DNA from: a virus
Reading direction: 5' to 3' (one strand)
IMG/VR virus record: IMGVR_UViG_3300032304_000826
Location: 38,348 to 102,347 of that record
DNA length: 64,000 nucleotides
Positions 61,005-64,000 of the stretch are shown one piece after another. The notes beneath the pieces are model-generated. The model was not told the DNA's origin. It was given only the letters and a program-made list of their open reading frames with translations, and did no database searches. The translations under genes and the position numbers were made by a program. The first letter of the stretch is position 1, and each line of letters opens with the position of its first letter.

Positions 61005-61234
61005 TCTCCTTGTCGGTGGTCACGAACAGCGGTTTTACCAAACGTGCCGCCAGCACGACGGAGCAATAGAAATAGATCTTTTGTACTTAGGTCGTCATCT
61101 TCCATAGCGACGTCTAATGCTTTTTTATCTTCTTCAGAAAGGGTAGCTGCCCATTGCCCTACAATACAGGCTTTTAAAGTGTTCATTGTTTTTACTTCTG
61201 CGTACAGATCTTGCAATGACATATCTTCCTCCAA
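60989..61234 (-). CDS. Small helical protein (C..H....C.C)
   Basis: Coupled upstream of the phosphoesterase. Confidence 0.55.
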   Translation of the reverse strand: MEEDMSLQDLYAEVKTMNTLKACIVGQWAATLSEEDKKALDVAMEDDDLSTKDLFLLLRRAGGTFGKTAVRDHRQGDCVCL

Positions 61235-61301
61235 ATTTAGTCCAATTGCAGTACTAGGTCCTAGAGGAGTCCTCTAAGACCTAGCACTAGCATACAACGA
61301 A

Positions 61302-61670
61302 TTAGTAAGAAGTGCTAGCTCCATCGCTGAAGTTAGGATTAGTACGCATTGTTGCAGATTTAAAGATTCGACCATTAGCTTGAGTCATGCCGGCCTCAGG
61401 AGAGGTCTGCTTCATGTAGTTAGAGCTAATACGGTACTGAGCTCCGTTACGGTCTGCGTGAGACGCTGGGACGTTACTGCGGATACCCATAGGTTGTGCG
61501 TATGGATCTCCTGCCTGTGCGCCTTTCTTTGGAATAAGTGTGCCAGCCGCTGGTGACGCAGAAGGAGAAGTAAACTTAATTCCATCTTTGTTCATAGGCT
61601 TGCGTGGTGCTCCAGTCTTTGCCATTCCGGCTAAAGATTCCTCTGGGCTAGGGTTTGATGATTTGGCCAT
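61302..61670 (-). CDS. Hypothetical low-complexity protein
   Basis: AAGGAAG RBS. Confidence 0.55.
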   Translation of the reverse strand: MAKSSNPSPEESLAGMAKTGAPRKPMNKDGIKFTSPSASPAAGTLIPKKGAQAGDPYAQPMGIRSNVPASHADRNGAQYRISSNYMKQTSPEAGMTQANGRIFKSATMRTNPNFSDGASTSY

Positions 61671-61707
61671 ATCTACTTCCTTTAAGGTTGAGTTGAGATC
61701 TCAGAAG

Positions 61708-61989
61708 CTAGTTTACGCTAATTGTGAAAACTATGGCGCTAATCTGTCCGTCTCTTGAATCTACCGTAGTAAATCCTGGGCGGCAAGTTAGGTCAAGGCC
61801 TCTAGGGGCAACGTAACCCCGGGCAATAGCAATTGCTTTAACAGCTTGGTTTACTGCAGAAGCGCCAACAGCACGTAGTTTTACAGTTGGGTTTTCATAC
61901 AGGGCGTGGGCTATAGCTGACCCCACAGATTGGGCGTTAGATCCTGCGCTTACACGCAAGAACTTCTCTTCGTCTTTTTGATCTATCAC
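61708..61989 (-). CDS. spoVS: SpoVS-family protein
   Basis: LRVS..SN..SVG.AIA..AVGA.AVNQAVKAIAIARGYVAP.G.DL...PGF..ISAI. Confidence 0.88.
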   Translation of the reverse strand: MIDQKDEEKFLRVSAGSNAQSVGSAIAHALYENPTVKLRAVGASAVNQAVKAIAIARGYVAPRGLDLTCRPGFTTVDSRDGQISAIVFTISVN

Positions 61990-62038
61990 AAGTAGTGTTC
62001 CTTTGGTATCGATTAGTAATCGCCCTCAGGAACAAGTA

Positions 62039-62638
62039 TTAAGGCTTTTCTCTATATTTGGGGTCTAAAACGTTTTTTATTATCTGCTTTTCATAGGCCA
62101 GATCAGCTTCCCCCGCCGCTAGTCTAGCTAGGGAATAAGAGTCTGCAGCATTGTCATCCATGAACTCAACCCCCCACTTCTTGTATACATTGAGGAGAAT
62201 CTGGTTTTTTTGTACTCCGGTTCCTTTACCGGTTACATACTTCTTAAGAACTGATGGGGGAATTATTAAAGGGTATTTAGCGTCGTCTACATTATAGAAC
62301 CAGCACTTTAGCTCTAACTTGACCATACCGCCAAGTTCTCCCGCCATATGGGCCATCTGAGCTCCGTAGGAGTATCCCTCCATGGCCGCACCCTTTACAT
62401 TAATAACCCGATCTCCCAGGAAATCACCAACGAAAGCCTGTATTGAGGATAGGCGTTCTACGCCACGCCCCTGTCCCTGGAACACCTCGGTGTAATAAGC
62501 TCCGTCTTTTGAATAAGCGGTTATAGCGAATCCACTATATGACTGATCTATACCTATGTACTTATCGCACGGATGGTCTAATGGTAACCCACCGTCGATT
62601 ATCTTAGGATTCTGTTTTGGCACGACGCTCGCGCTCAT
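62039..62638 (-). CDS. RuvC-like Holliday junction resolvase
   Basis: IGIDQS, MEGYS, LKKYVTGKG..K, DNAADS. Confidence 0.8.
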   Translation of the reverse strand: MSASVVPKQNPKIIDGGLPLDHPCDKYIGIDQSYSGFAITAYSKDGAYYTEVFQGQGRGVERLSSIQAFVGDFLGDRVINVKGAAMEGYSYGAQMAHMAGELGGMVKLELKCWFYNVDDAKYPLIIPPSVLKKYVTGKGTGVQKNQILLNVYKKWGVEFMDDNAADSYSLARLAAGEADLAYEKQIIKNVLDPKYREKP

Positions 62639-62978
62639 CTATAACCATCTGCACTGTGCCAAAGTATCCGGCACCATCTACAAGGTTATCTCGCTTAGGT
62701 AAATAAGATTCCCTAGCTAACTTTACTCCGACCATACAGAGTCCGACTTGTTCAGGGGTGACTTCTCGCCCCAGTACAACAGACCAGATAGCAGCAATGC
62801 GGCTGAAATTATCCAAAGGGTGGTCGTAGCTAGAGTTACGATCACTAGTGATGAGGCGTTGGGCTTCTTCAAGGATAGTCTCATGGGGTGAATTTTCTAG
62901 CACGAGATCTAAACCCTCCTCCATCTGAAGTGCGTCGTGTAAGTTCTCTTGATACAACTTGCGAATCTCTTTCAACAT
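62604..62978 (-). CDS. DUF6378-like protein (start probably downstream of the listed one)
   Basis: ILEEA..LI..DR...Y..P.DNF.RIA..WS..M...KLAR..DN.VD.AGY. Confidence 0.7.
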   Translation of the reverse strand: MLKEIRKLYQENLHDALQMEEGLDLVLENSPHETILEEAQRLITSDRNSSYDHPLDNFSRIAAIWSVVLGREVTPEQVGLCMVGVKLARESYLPKRDNLVDGAGYFGTVQMVIDERERRAKTES

Positions 62979-63363
62979 TTTCCGCCCTTGTCTCTAGTAG
63001 CTTCCTAAATGCGTACTTAATATCTAAGTCATGTTTAAGTTTTTCAACTTCTGGGTCAACAATAATGGTTGCTTTAGCAACAGCAACTCTGTCATTTTTT
63101 CCGCCTTGCCAATTATTGATCATGCACCTAGCTTCAATAGAGTCTACAGACCGCTCGGCCTCTCGCTCATTTATTACTGCTATTGCTCTAGCTCCAGATA
63201 GGTGATCATTCCATTGAGTGAATTGAACAAAAAGATCCATAAGACCTTCGTCATCTAGCTCTGTTATATCTCTGGGCAAATTTGGTATTTCAAAATCTGG
63301 CTTTGCTGAAAGCGTTATCCCTAATTCAGATAACGACTCTAATACTTTTCTACTGATGCTCAT
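62881..63363 (-). CDS. Helical protein, possible recombination mediator
   Basis: Coiled coil between the Cas4-like and RuvC-like genes. Confidence 0.45.
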   Translation of the reverse strand: MSISRKVLESLSELGITLSAKPDFEIPNLPRDITELDDEGLMDLFVQFTQWNDHLSGARAIAVINEREAERSVDSIEARCMINNWQGGKNDRVAVAKATIIVDPEVEKLKHDLDIKYAFRKLLETRAENVERDSQVVSRELTRRTSDGGGFRSRARKFTP

Positions 63364-64000
63364 TTATCCCCCTTAAATGGCTCACAACGTTTGCAGCCCT
63401 TTGTTGCGTCAATACTACACACTGGTGGTCGATTATTCTCTACGGCCCAGACTACGTCAAGTGCGTTATCAAATATCTCTTTTACATACTCAGGGTTGTA
63501 AGCAACTGAAAACTCTTTATAGTCTTGATTTGACTTTAGCTCGTAGATAAAAACTATCTCGTCTGGTGCAGATTCTAGGGTTCCCTCTTCAACCATAAGG
63601 TGAGTTAAGTGTAGGTATACCTGTCCCTGTAAAATGTGGGATCTAAAAGGCTGCCTAATATTTTTCCAAGCAGCGTCTAGATCAGCGCCACCATTAAATA
63701 GCGCTGGCATCTCCATACGAATTGTTCCCGGACCTACTGACTTAATCTCTATAAGAAAGTCTTCCCCGAGTCCCTTTACCCAACCATCAGAATGGCCTGA
63801 AATTCTGTGCTTTGGACTAGATAAAGGGACTTCTCGATACTCATAAATACTTGGTCCAAGGTTAACCTCGTCAGAGACACCCCACACATAAGTATTATCA
63901 GTCTCGCAATACCATTTTCCATAAAGGACGCCCATATCGTTTAGCCAACCCTGCCACTTAGCGTGAACAGAATGACCAACACTGAATATAGAACTAAGTC
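63360..64000 (-). CDS. Cas4-like PD-(D/E)xK exonuclease, 5' end outside window
   Basis: GHSDG, IEIKS, Q.QVY, C-terminal C..CKRC. Confidence 0.75.
   Translation of the reverse strand, partial: LSSIFSVGHSVHAKWQGWLNDMGVLYGKWYCETDNTYVWGVSDEVNLGPSIYEYREVPLSSPKHRISGHSDGWVKGLGEDFLIEIKSVGPGTIRMEMPALFNGGADLDAAWKNIRQPFRSHILQGQVYLHLTHLMVEEGTLESAPDEIVFIYELKSNQDYKEFSVAYNPEYVKEIFDNALDVVWAVENNRPPVCSIDATKGCKRCEPFKGDK

Overview
The window is an internal segment of a large tailed-phage genome. The host is most likely an actinobacterium, based on WhiB, BldC-like and BldD-like regulators, leaderless genes and a CIRCE-like operator; the gene content resembles freshwater actinophages. There are three transcription blocks. 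(1) 1-33.7 kb, mostly minus strand: virion and lysis genes (terminase, portal, scaffold, major capsid, duplicated collagen/fibre/Gly-rich modules, CHAP lysin), Hsp20 and a proteasome-beta-like protease, with two inverted plus-strand genes (carbamoyltransferase, lysozyme-like transglycosylase). (2) 34.1-47.6 kb, plus strand, probably early: small unknown ORFs, BldD-like and WhiB3-like regulators, a MoxR AAA+/vWA pair and one tRNA(CAU). (3) 47.7-64 kb, minus strand: class II RNR, a TGT-like/HAD/nucleotidyltransferase trio, thioredoxin, ART-like, BldC-like, metallophosphoesterase, SpoVS, RuvC-like and Cas4-like genes. The most unusual signals are non-coding. The early block carries a family of structured intergenic cassettes (related G-U-rich closing stems around variable, palindrome-rich interiors, usually followed by a hairpin and RBS), interleaved with tRNA-like elements. 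A 10-mer CAACACAAAC occurs 14 times, always on the sense strand. A candidate late promoter GTTTAnnnTGAC-N19/20-AnnnT recurs upstream of minus-strand genes. All protein calls come from motif recognition by eye; no database searches or folding programs were run.
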